A DNA stretch of 64,000 bases from Klebsiella pneumoniae (lineage in GTDB: Bacteria; Pseudomonadota; Gammaproteobacteria; Ga0077536): assembly GCA_945862315.1 (NCBI GenBank), contig CAMAXW010000005.1:17890-81889 (forward strand), in the 5' to 3' direction. Numbering within the stretch: the stretch's first letter is position 1; every line of letters starts with the position of its first letter. Positions 53,326 to 62,773 of the stretch are shown here, in pieces. Made by a program: the position numbers and the translations under genes. Below the pieces are notes generated by a model. That model was not told the origin of the DNA. It did no database searches and saw nothing but the letters and a program-made list of their open reading frames with translations.

Positions 53326-53745
53326 CTACCACTCGCGTTGCGTGCTGATTGGTTTACTCATCTGTAAAAAATTGCCCGCGCCCTCGGGCAGGTTGCCATA
53401 TTCATATCGTTCCATCACCGCGCGGATGAAGTGCGTGCCCAGTCCGCCGGGGCGCAGTTCGGCGAGCCGCCGGGGTCGGATGTTCGGCACCACCACCGGG
53501 GGCGCGAAATCCGTCACGCGGACCTCGAGATCGCCGCCCACCTGTTTCATCTCGAGCACTATTTCCCCAGAGGCATCACCCAAGTAGGCATGCTGCATCA
53601 CGTTTGCGCAGGCCTCATTGACCGCTAGTACCACCTCGGACACCCATTGCGTGCCGCAGCCTAAGCTGGCCATGGCGGCCCGTACACAACGCCGCATATC
53701 GCAGAGTTTGTCCGGATCGGCAGCAAAGCGCAGTTCTAGCAACAC
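53326..53745 (-). CDS. RsbW/BtrW-like anti-sigma regulatory Ser kinase (HATPase_c)
   Basis: Sequence ...VVLAVNEACANVMQHAY...GEIVLEMKQVGGDLEVRVTDF...GGLGTHFI... The start is a GTG. Confidence 0.75.
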   Translation of the reverse strand: MLLELRFAADPDKLCDMRRCVRAAMASLGCGTQWVSEVVLAVNEACANVMQHAYLGDASGEIVLEMKQVGGDLEVRVTDFAPPVVVPNIRPRRLAELRPGGLGTHFIRAVMERYEYGNLPEGAGNFLQMSKPISTQREW

Positions 53746-53917
53746 GCTGCCACCACAAGTTCAAGGCCGAACGCGCCCGCAGGGTTCAAACGCCAAGCGG
53801 CCAGGTTGCGCGTGGTGTACATCACTGGCCTACGCATCGTTAATCGGCCCTAAAAGATAAACGCTGGCCGCGCTCAGCGCCAGCGCGATAGACGCGGGGT
53901 CAGCGAGGCTGGCGCAC

Positions 53918-54343
53918 TCAGCGCAACGCACGCAACGCCACTAAGTAGGCGGCTTCATCGGGCAGACGGCCCGCCGACTGGGCGCGCCAGAGTTCCTCAG
54001 CCAAGCACTCAATCATGCGATGCTCCGCCGCGTGTGGCCGATCGTCGTTGGCGAGCCGCTGCGCATGGAGCAGCGCGATCCCTGCGGGACGGTCAGCCGC
54101 AACTTGCTCGCGCAACGCGATATGCAGCCCCATGTGCAAAAAAGGATTGTGCTCGGGTGCCGCACTTCCATAATCACCCGCCAGACCCTGCTGCCCAGCA
54201 TCGAGCAAGGCATGGTATTCCGGATGCAGCGCAATCACCTCGGCAACCAGACGCTCCATTGGCTCCAGTGGCTGGCCCTGACGGTGTTTCGCCCACACCT
54301 CGAAAAAGAATTGGCGGGCCGAATCGCGGGATTGCACCAACAT
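53918..54343 (-). CDS. DUF1841-family conserved hypothetical protein
   Basis: Sequence MLVQSRDSARQFFFEVWAKHRQGQPLEPMERLVAEVIALHPEYHALL...NPFLHMGLHIALREQ... I chose the internal start at 54343 to avoid a 70-nt overlap with nth. The family call is from memory. Confidence 0.45.
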   Translation of the reverse strand: MLVQSRDSARQFFFEVWAKHRQGQPLEPMERLVAEVIALHPEYHALLDAGQQGLAGDYGSAAPEHNPFLHMGLHIALREQVAADRPAGIALLHAQRLANDDRPHAAEHRMIECLAEELWRAQSAGRLPDEAAYLVALRALR

Positions 54344-54348
54344 AGGGG

Positions 54349-55005
54349 CTACACCGGCACCCGGCGGGTGTTGGTCAGGGTTTTGTCCGGCCATTCGCAC
54401 AAATCGGCCAGCACACACTCACCACAGCGCGGCGCGCGCGCAGTGCAGGTATAGCGCCCCTGCAGAATCAGCCAATTGTGGGCGTGCAGGAGATAGCGCG
54501 GCGGGATGATCGCGAGCAAAGCCTTTTCCACCGCCAGTGGCGTCTTTCCCGGGGCGATTCCAAGGCGATTGCCGACCCGAAAAATATGGGTATCTACCGC
54601 CATCGTGGGTTCGCCAAAGGCCACATTGAGCACGACGTTGGCGGTCTTGCGGCCCACCCCTGGCAATGCCTCGAGCGCCGCCCGCGCCGCGGGCACTTCC
54701 CCGTTGTGGCGGTCGAGCAAGAGCTGGCAGGTGGAGAGAATATTGCGCGCCTTCGCATTAAATAAACCAATGCGCTTAATGTGCTGCTTCACGCCCGCCT
54801 CGCCTAGCGCCAGCATCTGGCGCGGCGTATTGGCTTGCGCGAACAACGTCAGGGTTGCCTTATTGACGCTGATATCGGTCGCTTGCGCCGACAACATCAC
54901 CGCAATGAGGAGCTCGAAGGGCGAGTCATAGTGCAGCTCCGTCACCGGGGTCGGGTTGAGCGCAGCCAGACGCTTGAACACGGTGCCCACCTGCCGTCGG
55001 TTCAT
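54349..55005 (-). CDS. nth: Endonuclease III
   Basis: Carries the HhH-GPD motif LPGVGRKTANVVLNVAFG and the C-terminal cluster CTARAPRCGECVLADLC. Confidence 0.9.
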   Translation of the reverse strand: MNRRQVGTVFKRLAALNPTPVTELHYDSPFELLIAVMLSAQATDISVNKATLTLFAQANTPRQMLALGEAGVKQHIKRIGLFNAKARNILSTCQLLLDRHNGEVPAARAALEALPGVGRKTANVVLNVAFGEPTMAVDTHIFRVGNRLGIAPGKTPLAVEKALLAIIPPRYLLHAHNWLILQGRYTCTARAPRCGECVLADLCEWPDKTLTNTRRVPV

Positions 55006-55898
55006 CCTGGGAACTTCGGGGGGCGGGCCTTGCGCTCGCGCACGCGACTTAGCGCGGCCGCGATATCGTCACGCGCCTGGATTGCATCCGTCGGTGGCTG
55101 TACATAGGGCTCGCGGCTTTCAGCGGCACTGCGGGCCAAGCGCTGCGCTCGCTGAGTCGCGCGCTGCCCGGCGACCACGGCTTGCTCGGTTTGCCAGCGC
55201 GAAGCTGCCAACAGGGCGCGACCCTGGACAAAATAAGCCGGTAGGGGAATGCCGACCGGACACGCGGTGCCACACTGGCCGCACGCAGTGCAACGTTCAA
55301 GTCCCAGCGCCAGCGCACGGTCCAAATCGCCCTGGGCCACTGCGCGTGCCAGCGACGCGGGTGCAAGTTGGCTAGGGCACACCGGGCCACAATCGCCGCA
55401 GGCGGTACACTCGGCAATATCTGTCTGGGCTCTGATGTCCTGTGCGCTTGGGGACTCGGCGAGCGGCCAAGCAAAGCCCACGGGCACGCTAACCCAGTCG
55501 ATACAGTTGGTGGGACAGGGCGGGATGCACAAGCCGCAGCCCGTGCAGTGGTCGGTCAGGATGTCGTGGAGTTGGCGGGGCGCACCGATGATGGCATCTA
55601 CCGGACACACCGCGATGCACTTGGTGCAGCCAATACAAGCGTCGTCGCGAATTTGTACACGCAGGGGCGCTGGTAGCGCGGTCTCTGCCGCCAAATTCGC
55701 GCGCGGCGCGGGCGCGCGTTCCAGCAAACGGCTGAGTTTCGCCACGAGCAGCGACCCGCCGGGCACACAAGCCGTCACCGCGGCGGCGCCGTGGGCTAAC
55801 GCGGCGGCGAACGGCGCGCATCCCGCGTAGCCACAAGCGGCGCATTGCGTTTGTGGCAAGACCCGCGCAATGGCGTCCACGAGGGCGGCGTGCTCCAT
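55002..55898 (-). CDS. RnfB-like polyferredoxin (multiple 4Fe-4S clusters)
   Basis: N-terminal Cys cluster followed by several CxxCxxCxxxCP motifs. It is adjacent to nth, as in rnf/rsx loci. Confidence 0.6.
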   Translation of the reverse strand: MEHAALVDAIARVLPQTQCAACGYAGCAPFAAALAHGAAAVTACVPGGSLLVAKLSRLLERAPAPRANLAAETALPAPLRVQIRDDACIGCTKCIAVCPVDAIIGAPRQLHDILTDHCTGCGLCIPPCPTNCIDWVSVPVGFAWPLAESPSAQDIRAQTDIAECTACGDCGPVCPSQLAPASLARAVAQGDLDRALALGLERCTACGQCGTACPVGIPLPAYFVQGRALLAASRWQTEQAVVAGQRATQRAQRLARSAAESREPYVQPPTDAIQARDDIAAALSRVRERKARPPKFPG

Positions 55899-55927
55899 GG
55901 CCGGTTGGTGCCGGTGTGCGCTAGCGG

Positions 55928-57979
55928 CTATTTGACGCGCATGCCGGGCAGCGCGCCGTCGTCTGCGTTGAGCAGAAAAATGCCACTCTCAGATCCGCTG
56001 GCCGCCAGCACCATGCCTTGGGAAAGCCCGAAGCGCATTTTGCGCGGCGCCAAATTGGCGACTAAGACCACCAGACGACCCGTGAGGGCTTCTGGCGCAT
56101 AGGCCCGCTTGATGCCGGCGAATACCGTGCGCTGTTCGCCGCCAACATCCAATGTCAGTTGCACGAGTTTATCGGCCCCATCGACGTGCCGGGCTTCAAT
56201 AACGCGCGCGATGCGCAACTCTACTTTGGCAAAGTCATCGATGCTGATTTCCGGCACCGCAGGCTCGGTGCCCGTTGGCGCCGGCTCGGGAGCGCTTGCC
56301 GGAGGCACTATCAGCGTCACGCCGGGACTCGGATTAGCAGGTTTACTGGCGTCCAACATGGCCTCCACTTTGGCTTTTTCGATACGGGTTAACAACGGGG
56401 TAAAAGGCGCTATCTGCTGCGCCGGCAGTTCCTCATCCAGTGCCGCCCACGTGAGTGGGGCACAGCATAAAAAGCGTTCTGCCCCCTCGACTAGCGTTGG
56501 CACCACGGGTTTGAGATAGATCATCAGCACCCGGAAAGCGCGTAAGCCCGTGCTGCACACGCGCGCCAATTCCGCCCGCGCCGTGGGGTCCTTGGCCATC
56601 ACCCACGGTTTGCGCCGGTCGATGTACTGGTTAACCCGATCGGCCAACAACATCACTTCGCGCATCGCGCGCGCGTAATCGCGGCCCTCAAAGCACTGGG
56701 CGATATCCTCGCGGGCTGCCCGCAGGCTCGCCAGTAACGCCGGGTCATCGTCGTCGGCGGCCAAGTTGCCGCCAAAATCACGGCTGATAAAAGCCGCACA
56801 ACGGCTGGCGATATTGACCACCTTGCCCACTAAATCAGCGTTGACGCGCGCCTGAAAATCTTCAAGATTGAGGTCGATGTCGTCGATGCCCGGCCCCAAC
56901 TTCGCCGCAAAGTAATAGCGCAAGCACTCCGGGTTGAGATGATCGAGATAGGTTCTAGCGGTAATAAATGTACCGCGCGATTTCGACATCTTTTGGCCGT
57001 CGACGGTCAAAAATCCGTGCACAAAAACATTCGTGGGCAGCCGGAAATTGGCCCCGTGCAGCATTGCCGGCCAGAACAATGTATGAAAATACATGATGTC
57101 CTTACCGATAAAATGATAGAGCTCGGTGCTGCTTTGCGGGTTCACGAAGGCCTCGAAATCCAGGCCCACCCGGTCGCACAGATTGCGGAAGCTGGCGAAA
57201 TAACCGATGGGTGCATCTAGCCAGACGTAAAAATACTTGCCGGGCAGATCAGGAATTTCGAAGCCGAAATACGGCGCATCGCGCGAAATATCCCAGTCCT
57301 GTAAACCCACATCAAACCATTCCTGCAGCTTGTTCACGACGCCAGGCTGGAGATCGCTGCGTGTCAGCCAATCGCGCAGCACCGCTTCAAAATGTCCCAA
57401 GCAGAAAAAAACATGCTCGCTATCGCGCTGCACCGGCGGCACCCCGCTCAGCGCGGAGACCGCATCGATTAAGTCCGTGGGCGCATAGGTGGCGCCGCAA
57501 TGTTCGCAATTATCGCCGTACTGGTCCGGCGTCGCGCAGCGGGGGCAGGTTCCGCGGATGAATCGGTCGGGCAGAAACAGTTGTTTCAGCGGGTCGTACG
57601 CTTGGCTAATCGTCCGCACCGTGGTGTGGCCGGCATCCCGCAAACGCGCGTAAATAAGCGAGGAAATAGCGCGATTTTCCGGCGAATGCGTGGTGTGGTA
57701 GTTGTCAAAAGCTACCTGGAAACCGGCGAAATCGCTGCGGTGGTTGGCCCAGACCTCAGCAATGAGTGCCTCTGGCGTCACGCCTTCTTGCTCAGCCCGT
57801 AACATGATGGCGGTGCCGTGTGCGTCATCAGCACAAACATACCAACACTCATGTCCGCGCATTTTTTGATAGCGCACCCAGATGTCCGTTTGGATGTATT
57901 CCACCAAGTGGCCAATATGGATAGGACCATTGGCATAAGGCAGCGCGCTGGTAACGAGGATTCGGCGGTGAGAACTCAT
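55928..57979 (-). CDS. metG: Methionyl-tRNA synthetase
   Basis: The N-terminus reads [25 protein letters not shown]. The motif KMSKS is present, and the C-terminus has a tRNA-binding domain. The track extends to 58090. Confidence 0.9.
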   Translation of the reverse strand: MSSHRRILVTSALPYANGPIHIGHLVEYIQTDIWVRYQKMRGHECWYVCADDAHGTAIMLRAEQEGVTPEALIAEVWANHRSDFAGFQVAFDNYHTTHSPENRAISSLIYARLRDAGHTTVRTISQAYDPLKQLFLPDRFIRGTCPRCATPDQYGDNCEHCGATYAPTDLIDAVSALSGVPPVQRDSEHVFFCLGHFEAVLRDWLTRSDLQPGVVNKLQEWFDVGLQDWDISRDAPYFGFEIPDLPGKYFYVWLDAPIGYFASFRNLCDRVGLDFEAFVNPQSSTELYHFIGKDIMYFHTLFWPAMLHGANFRLPTNVFVHGFLTVDGQKMSKSRGTFITARTYLDHLNPECLRYYFAAKLGPGIDDIDLNLEDFQARVNADLVGKVVNIASRCAAFISRDFGGNLAADDDDPALLASLRAAREDIAQCFEGRDYARAMREVMLLADRVNQYIDRRKPWVMAKDPTARAELARVCSTGLRAFRVLMIYLKPVVPTLVEGAERFLCCAPLTWAALDEELPAQQIAPFTPLLTRIEKAKVEAMLDASKPANPSPGVTLIVPPASAPEPAPTGTEPAVPEISIDDFAKVELRIARVIEARHVDGADKLVQLTLDVGGEQRTVFAGIKRAYAPEALTGRLVVLVANLAPRKMRFGLSQGMVLAASGSESGIFLLNADDGALPGMRVK

Positions 57980-58153
57980 GGTGATTAATCGGCCTGAAAT
58001 TCGCGGCGCGGGATTGAGCGTAGCGCGCGGGCAGAAGTCGCCAGCGCCGCCGGGGGAGGCAAAGGTAGCACCTCGGCCGCAGGCTGTCATGGCAGGAACC
58101 AGCCCCGCGTGCTGTACACTCAGAGGCTAGTTCGTTCTCAGGAAATTCTGACC

Positions 58154-59242
58154 ATGCCTCCTACTCAAGCCGACATTGAACAAGCCCTCAAAACTTGGAC
58201 TGACCCTTATCTGGCAACTGACGTGGTCAGCGCCGGCATGGTCAAATCGATCCAAATCGCCGACACCGGCGTCACCCTCGATATCGAAGCGGGGTTTCCG
58301 GTAGCACGCTACGGTGCGGAACTCATAGCCCACCTCACTGCCGCCGTCACGCCGTGCTTAGGCGGGGTCGCCTTAAGCATCAATCTGAGCAGCAAAATCG
58401 TCTCGCGCGCGGTCCAAAAAGGCGTCTCGCCGCTCAAGGGCGTGCGCAATACCATCGCCGTGGCGTCGGGTAAGGGTGGCGTGGGCAAATCGACGACCGC
58501 CGTCAACCTGGCGCTGGCACTGCGCGACGAAGGCGCCACGGTAGGGCTGCTGGATGCCGACATTTATGGTCCCAGCCAACCGCGAATGCTGGGCGCACCC
58601 GGGCGTCCCGAGTCCCGCGACGGCAAGTCCATGGAGCCCAAAGTCAGCCACGGCATCCAGTCCATTTCCATTGGGCATCTGGTGGAAGAAGACACCCCCA
58701 TGATTTGGCGCGGGCCGATGGCGACTAGCGCGCTCGAACAACTGCTGCGCGAAACCAACTGGCACGACCTCGACTATCTCGTCATCGACCTGCCGCCGGG
58801 CACCGGCGACATCCAGCTCACGCTCTGCCAGCGGGTGCCGGTGAGTGGCGCGGTGATCGTCACGACGCCTCAAGACATTGCCCTGCTAGACGCCCGCAAA
58901 GGGCTGAAGATGTTCGAGAAAGTAGACGTTCCGGTGCTTGGCATCGTGGAGAACATGAGCCTGCACACCTGCAGCAACTGCGGCAATATCGAGCATATTT
59001 TCGGTAGCGGTGGCGGCGCACTGATGGCCAAGCAATACGATGTTGACCTGTTAGGCGAACTGCCTCTCGACATCAAGATCCGTGAGGGCGTGGATGCCGG
59101 CAAACCAACCGTGGTCACTCACCCGGACGCGCCTTCCACGGAAATCTACCGAAAAATTGCCAGACGGGTAGCCGCTAAGTTAGCGCTGCGGGCGAAGGAT
59201 TACTCGGGTCGCTTCCCCAATATCGTCATCCAAAACAGCTGA
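58154..59242 (+). CDS. apbC: Fe-S cluster carrier ATPase ApbC/Mrp
   Basis: The N-terminus reads [15 protein letters not shown]... and the motif [23 protein letters not shown] is present. The track starts at 58109. Confidence 0.9.
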   Translation: MPPTQADIEQALKTWTDPYLATDVVSAGMVKSIQIADTGVTLDIEAGFPVARYGAELIAHLTAAVTPCLGGVALSINLSSKIVSRAVQKGVSPLKGVRNTIAVASGKGGVGKSTTAVNLALALRDEGATVGLLDADIYGPSQPRMLGAPGRPESRDGKSMEPKVSHGIQSISIGHLVEEDTPMIWRGPMATSALEQLLRETNWHDLDYLVIDLPPGTGDIQLTLCQRVPVSGAVIVTTPQDIALLDARKGLKMFEKVDVPVLGIVENMSLHTCSNCGNIEHIFGSGGGALMAKQYDVDLLGELPLDIKIREGVDAGKPTVVTHPDAPSTEIYRKIARRVAAKLALRAKDYSGRFPNIVIQNS

Positions 59243-59271
59243 TAGACCGCGTTTTAGGGAGGGCTTGCGCT

Positions 59272-59838
59272 ATGCCGATCAAGGCGGACAGTTGGATTAG
59301 ACACATGGCCGAACAACACGGCCTGATTGACCCCTTTGAGCCCGCACAAGTCCGCGAAGTGGCGGGCCGTCGGGTGATTTCCTACGGGACATCCAGCTAC
59401 GGCTATGACCTGCGCTGCGCGCCGGAATTCAAGGTTTTCACTAACGTTTATTCCGCGATAGTCGATCCCAAGGCCTTCGATCCGGCCAGCTTCGTCGATA
59501 TTACTGGGGACGTTTGCATCATTCCGCCGAATTCCTTCGCGCTGGCGCGCACGATCGAATACTTCCGGATTCCCCGCAATATCCTCACCATCTGCTTGGG
59601 AAAATCCACTTATGCGCGCTGCGGCATCATTGTGAACGTCACGCCGCTGGAGCCCGAGTGGGAAGGCCACGTCACTCTAGAATTTTCCAACACCACGCCA
59701 TTGCCGGCCAAAATTTACGCCAACGAAGGCGTCGCGCAGGTGTTGTTTCTGGAGTCTGATCAGCCTTGCGAAGTGTCTTACCGGGACCGCAATGGGAAGT
59801 ACCAGGGGCAACGCGGGGTCACCTTGCCCCGCACCTAA
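59272..59838 (+). CDS. dcd: dCTP deaminase
   Basis: Sequence [24 protein letters not shown]...[17 protein letters not shown]... Confidence 0.9.
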   Translation: MPIKADSWIRHMAEQHGLIDPFEPAQVREVAGRRVISYGTSSYGYDLRCAPEFKVFTNVYSAIVDPKAFDPASFVDITGDVCIIPPNSFALARTIEYFRIPRNILTICLGKSTYARCGIIVNVTPLEPEWEGHVTLEFSNTTPLPAKIYANEGVAQVLFLESDQPCEVSYRDRNGKYQGQRGVTLPRT

Positions 59839-59850
59839 ACCGGCCAGCCC

Positions 59851-60099
59851 TTAGGCCGGACCCTCGGTGCGCGCAATGGCCACCCGATACACGCCCTCCT
59901 CCGGCCCGGTCACCGCCACCGCATAACCGGCGCTCTGCGCGAAGGCCCGCAAATCCGGGACGCTGTCGGTGTCGGTGGTGAGTACCGTCAGCAAACTACC
60001 CACGGGCAAGCTCAGCAACGCTTTTTTAGTTTTTAACAGTGGCAGCGGGCAGTTCAGGCCCCGAACGTCGAGCGTGCTAGCGTTAGCCGCTTCGCTCAT
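59851..60099 (-). CDS. TusA-family sulfur carrier protein
   Basis: 82 aa. Carries the CPxP motif: [19 protein letters not shown]. Confidence 0.75.
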   Translation of the reverse strand: MSEAANASTLDVRGLNCPLPLLKTKKALLSLPVGSLLTVLTTDTDSVPDLRAFAQSAGYAVAVTGPEEGVYRVAIARTEGPA

Positions 60100-60494
60100 T
60101 TGTGGCGCGGTTTAAGCGTCAGCGCCACCGAATTAATACAATAACGCTGGCCGGTTGGCGCTGGCCCATCGGGAAACACATGGCCCAAATGGGCGTCGCA
60201 CTGGGCGCACAACACTTCGGTACGGAGCATGCCGAGACTACGGTCAGACACCGCGGCGACGTTCTCAGGCACGGCAGCGTCCCAGAAACTGGGCCAGCCC
60301 GAACCTGAGTCGTACTTCGACGCAGAATCAAATAATGGCGACCCGCAGCACACACACAGGTACTGGCCTTCGGTTTTGCAATCGGTCAGGGCGCCCGCGT
60401 AGGGACGTTCCGTGCCGTGCTCGCGACACACCGCATACTGCTCTGGGGTCAGTTGCGCGCGCCATTCGGCGGCAGTTTTTTCAATCTTGGCCAT
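60096..60494 (-). CDS. msrB: Peptide-methionine (R)-S-oxide reductase
   Basis: Sequence ...[31 protein letters not shown]...[16 protein letters not shown]... I chose the start at MAKIEK. The track extends to 60554. Confidence 0.85.
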   Translation of the reverse strand: MAKIEKTAAEWRAQLTPEQYAVCREHGTERPYAGALTDCKTEGQYLCVCCGSPLFDSASKYDSGSGWPSFWDAAVPENVAAVSDRSLGMLRTEVLCAQCDAHLGHVFPDGPAPTGQRYCINSVALTLKPRHK

Positions 60495-60673
60495 CGTTTC
60501 GGCACTCCTGTGAAAAAAATCTAGTAACGAGGTGGGAGGGGTGATCCTACCCACACCAAAACCCGCGAAGCGGGCAGGTTGTCTTGGTAGCTGTCATCGC
60601 CAAGTATTATAGTCATGAGAAATCATGGATCGGGTCTGGCCGCCAGATTAAACGCAGGACTGAGGGGGCGAAA

Positions 60674-61366
60674 ATGAGAATAGCATTGCTCGAAGACGAT
60701 CCCGATCAGGCCGAACTATTTCGCCACTGGTTGGTCGCAGCGGGGCATGTTTGCGAGGTTTTTGATACTGGCAAGGCGTTCTTGGAGGGTATTACGCTGG
60801 ACAGCTTCGATACCCTGATCCTCGATTGGATGGTGCCCGACACCAATGGCTACGAGGTGCTCGGTTGGGTCCGCGCCAATATTGCGTGGCGAATTCCGGT
60901 GATGTTTCTGACCGCCCGCGATGACGAAGACGACATCGTGCGGGCCTTAGAACTCGGCGCTGACGATTACATTTTGAAGCCCGCCAAACAACGCGAACTA
61001 TTGGCCCGCCTGAGCGCTGTCGCCCGGCGTGCACCCATCCCTGCAGCAGAGCCGATAACCATTGATGTCGACACGTTTCGCATCGACCTCACCACCCGTG
61101 AACTGTCCAAAGACGGCGAGAAAATCGAGATGACGCACCGGGAATTCGCGCTCGCCAGCTTCTTTCTCAGAAATGTCGGCAGAATCGTCACCCGTGCAAA
61201 GCTTCTGGAAATTGTCTGGGGCCGCAACCCCGGTCATAGCAGTCGCACCGTGGACACCCACATCAGCAGACTCCGGGTAAAAATGGGCTTATTACCCGAA
61301 CATGGCTGGCGGATTTCCGCCATCTACCTGCATGGTTACCGGCTTGAACGCGTGTCCGACGCCTAG
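60674..61366 (+). CDS. OmpR/PhoB-family response regulator. No adjacent histidine kinase is present.
   Basis: The receiver domain reads MRIALLEDDPDQAELF...LILDWMVPDTNG... A winged-helix DNA-binding domain sits in the C-terminus. A GAGGGGG RBS is present. The track starts at 60584. Confidence 0.85.
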   Translation: MRIALLEDDPDQAELFRHWLVAAGHVCEVFDTGKAFLEGITLDSFDTLILDWMVPDTNGYEVLGWVRANIAWRIPVMFLTARDDEDDIVRALELGADDYILKPAKQRELLARLSAVARRAPIPAAEPITIDVDTFRIDLTTRELSKDGEKIEMTHREFALASFFLRNVGRIVTRAKLLEIVWGRNPGHSSRTVDTHISRLRVKMGLLPEHGWRISAIYLHGYRLERVSDA

Positions 61367-61465
61367 GCTAACGGCGTCACCACCGCGCGCTTTGGCGTGC
61401 GTCACTGGCCTAGGTTACTATTGGCACAACTTGCTTTTTGGCCACTTTGAGTATCACCCAGCACC

Positions 61466-62716
61466 ATGATTGACTTACCGAATTACGCACGACATCGCAG
61501 CGTCGGGGTCCGCGTTGGGCCGATCACTATCGGCGGCGACCATCCGATCGTTGTGCAATCCATGACCAACACCGACACCGCAGATGCCGCGGCGACCGCC
61601 AAGCAGGTGCAGCAACTCGCGGCAGCCGGTTCGGAACTCGTCCGAATCACCGTCGACACTGAGGCGGCGGCCGCGCAGGTCGGACGGATCCGCCAGATGC
61701 TCGATTTGGTGGGCTGCCGCGTGCCGTTGATTGGAGATTTCCACTACAACGGCCACCAGTTGCTCACCAAGTACCCGGACTGTGCGCAAGCGCTGGATAA
61801 ATATCGCATTAACCCAGGCAATGTCGGCTTTGGACGCAAACGCGACGGCCAATTTTCCACCATGATCGAAGTCGCGCTGAAATACCAAAAACCGGTGCGC
61901 ATTGGTGTTAACTGGGGCAGTTTGGATGAGTCTCTGGTCGTCTCGATGATGGACGAGAACGCGCGCTCGGCGCAGCCACGCTCGGCCGCCGAAATTACCC
62001 GTGAGGCGTTAATCCAGTCCGCACTGTTGAGCGCCGCGCGTGCCGAAGAACTGGGCATGGCGCGCGATCGGATTGTGCTGAGTTGTAAGGTGAGCGGCGT
62101 TCAAGACCTCATCTCGGTGTACACCGAGCTGTCCCGCCGCTGCGACTACGCCTTGCACTTGGGGCTAACGGAAGCTGGCATGGGCTCCAAAGGCATCGTG
62201 GCCTCCACTGCCGCCATGGGCATTCTGTTGCAGCAAGGGATTGGCGACACCATCCGAGTATCGCTCACACCGGAGCCCGGCGGCGATCGCACTAACGAGG
62301 TGGTGGTTGCCCAAGAAATTCTCCAAACGATGGGCTTGCGGGCGTTCACCCCGCTAGTGACAGCCTGCCCGGGCTGCGGCCGCACTACCAGCACCGTCTT
62401 TCAGGAACTGGCTTCGGACATCCAAGCCTACGTTAGAACCCAAATGCCTATCTGGAAATCCATCTATCCCGGGGTCGAAGAAATGACGCTGGCGGTGATG
62501 GGCTGCGTCGTGAACGGACCCGGCGAAAGTAAGCACGCCAATATTGGCATCAGTTTGCCCGGCAGCGGTGAAACGCCCGCCGCACCGGTATTCGTGGATG
62601 GCGAGAAATTCACGATTTTGCGAGGGGACAACATCGCCGGAGAATTTAAGCAGATTCTGGACAACTATATCGTGACGCATTACGGGCATGCGGCGGTGTC
62701 CCACGCCACCTCCTAA
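61466..62716 (+). CDS. ispG: 4-hydroxy-3-methylbut-2-en-1-yl diphosphate synthase
   Basis: The N-terminus reads ...[24 protein letters not shown]... The motif CPGCGRT is present. This is the long (416 aa) form. Confidence 0.9.
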   Translation: MIDLPNYARHRSVGVRVGPITIGGDHPIVVQSMTNTDTADAAATAKQVQQLAAAGSELVRITVDTEAAAAQVGRIRQMLDLVGCRVPLIGDFHYNGHQLLTKYPDCAQALDKYRINPGNVGFGRKRDGQFSTMIEVALKYQKPVRIGVNWGSLDESLVVSMMDENARSAQPRSAAEITREALIQSALLSAARAEELGMARDRIVLSCKVSGVQDLISVYTELSRRCDYALHLGLTEAGMGSKGIVASTAAMGILLQQGIGDTIRVSLTPEPGGDRTNEVVVAQEILQTMGLRAFTPLVTACPGCGRTTSTVFQELASDIQAYVRTQMPIWKSIYPGVEEMTLAVMGCVVNGPGESKHANIGISLPGSGETPAAPVFVDGEKFTILRGDNIAGEFKQILDNYIVTHYGHAAVSHATS

Positions 62717-62773
62717 CACGCTCGTCGCCAAGATTTTGCTGTCACCCAAGCCGGCGCCACGGAGTCCCACATA

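Noticed and set aside
61395-61430. TGGCAC...TTGC element upstream of ispG, as a sigma-54 promoter
   Set aside because: The spacing between the GG and GC dinucleotides is 8 nt instead of the required 10.
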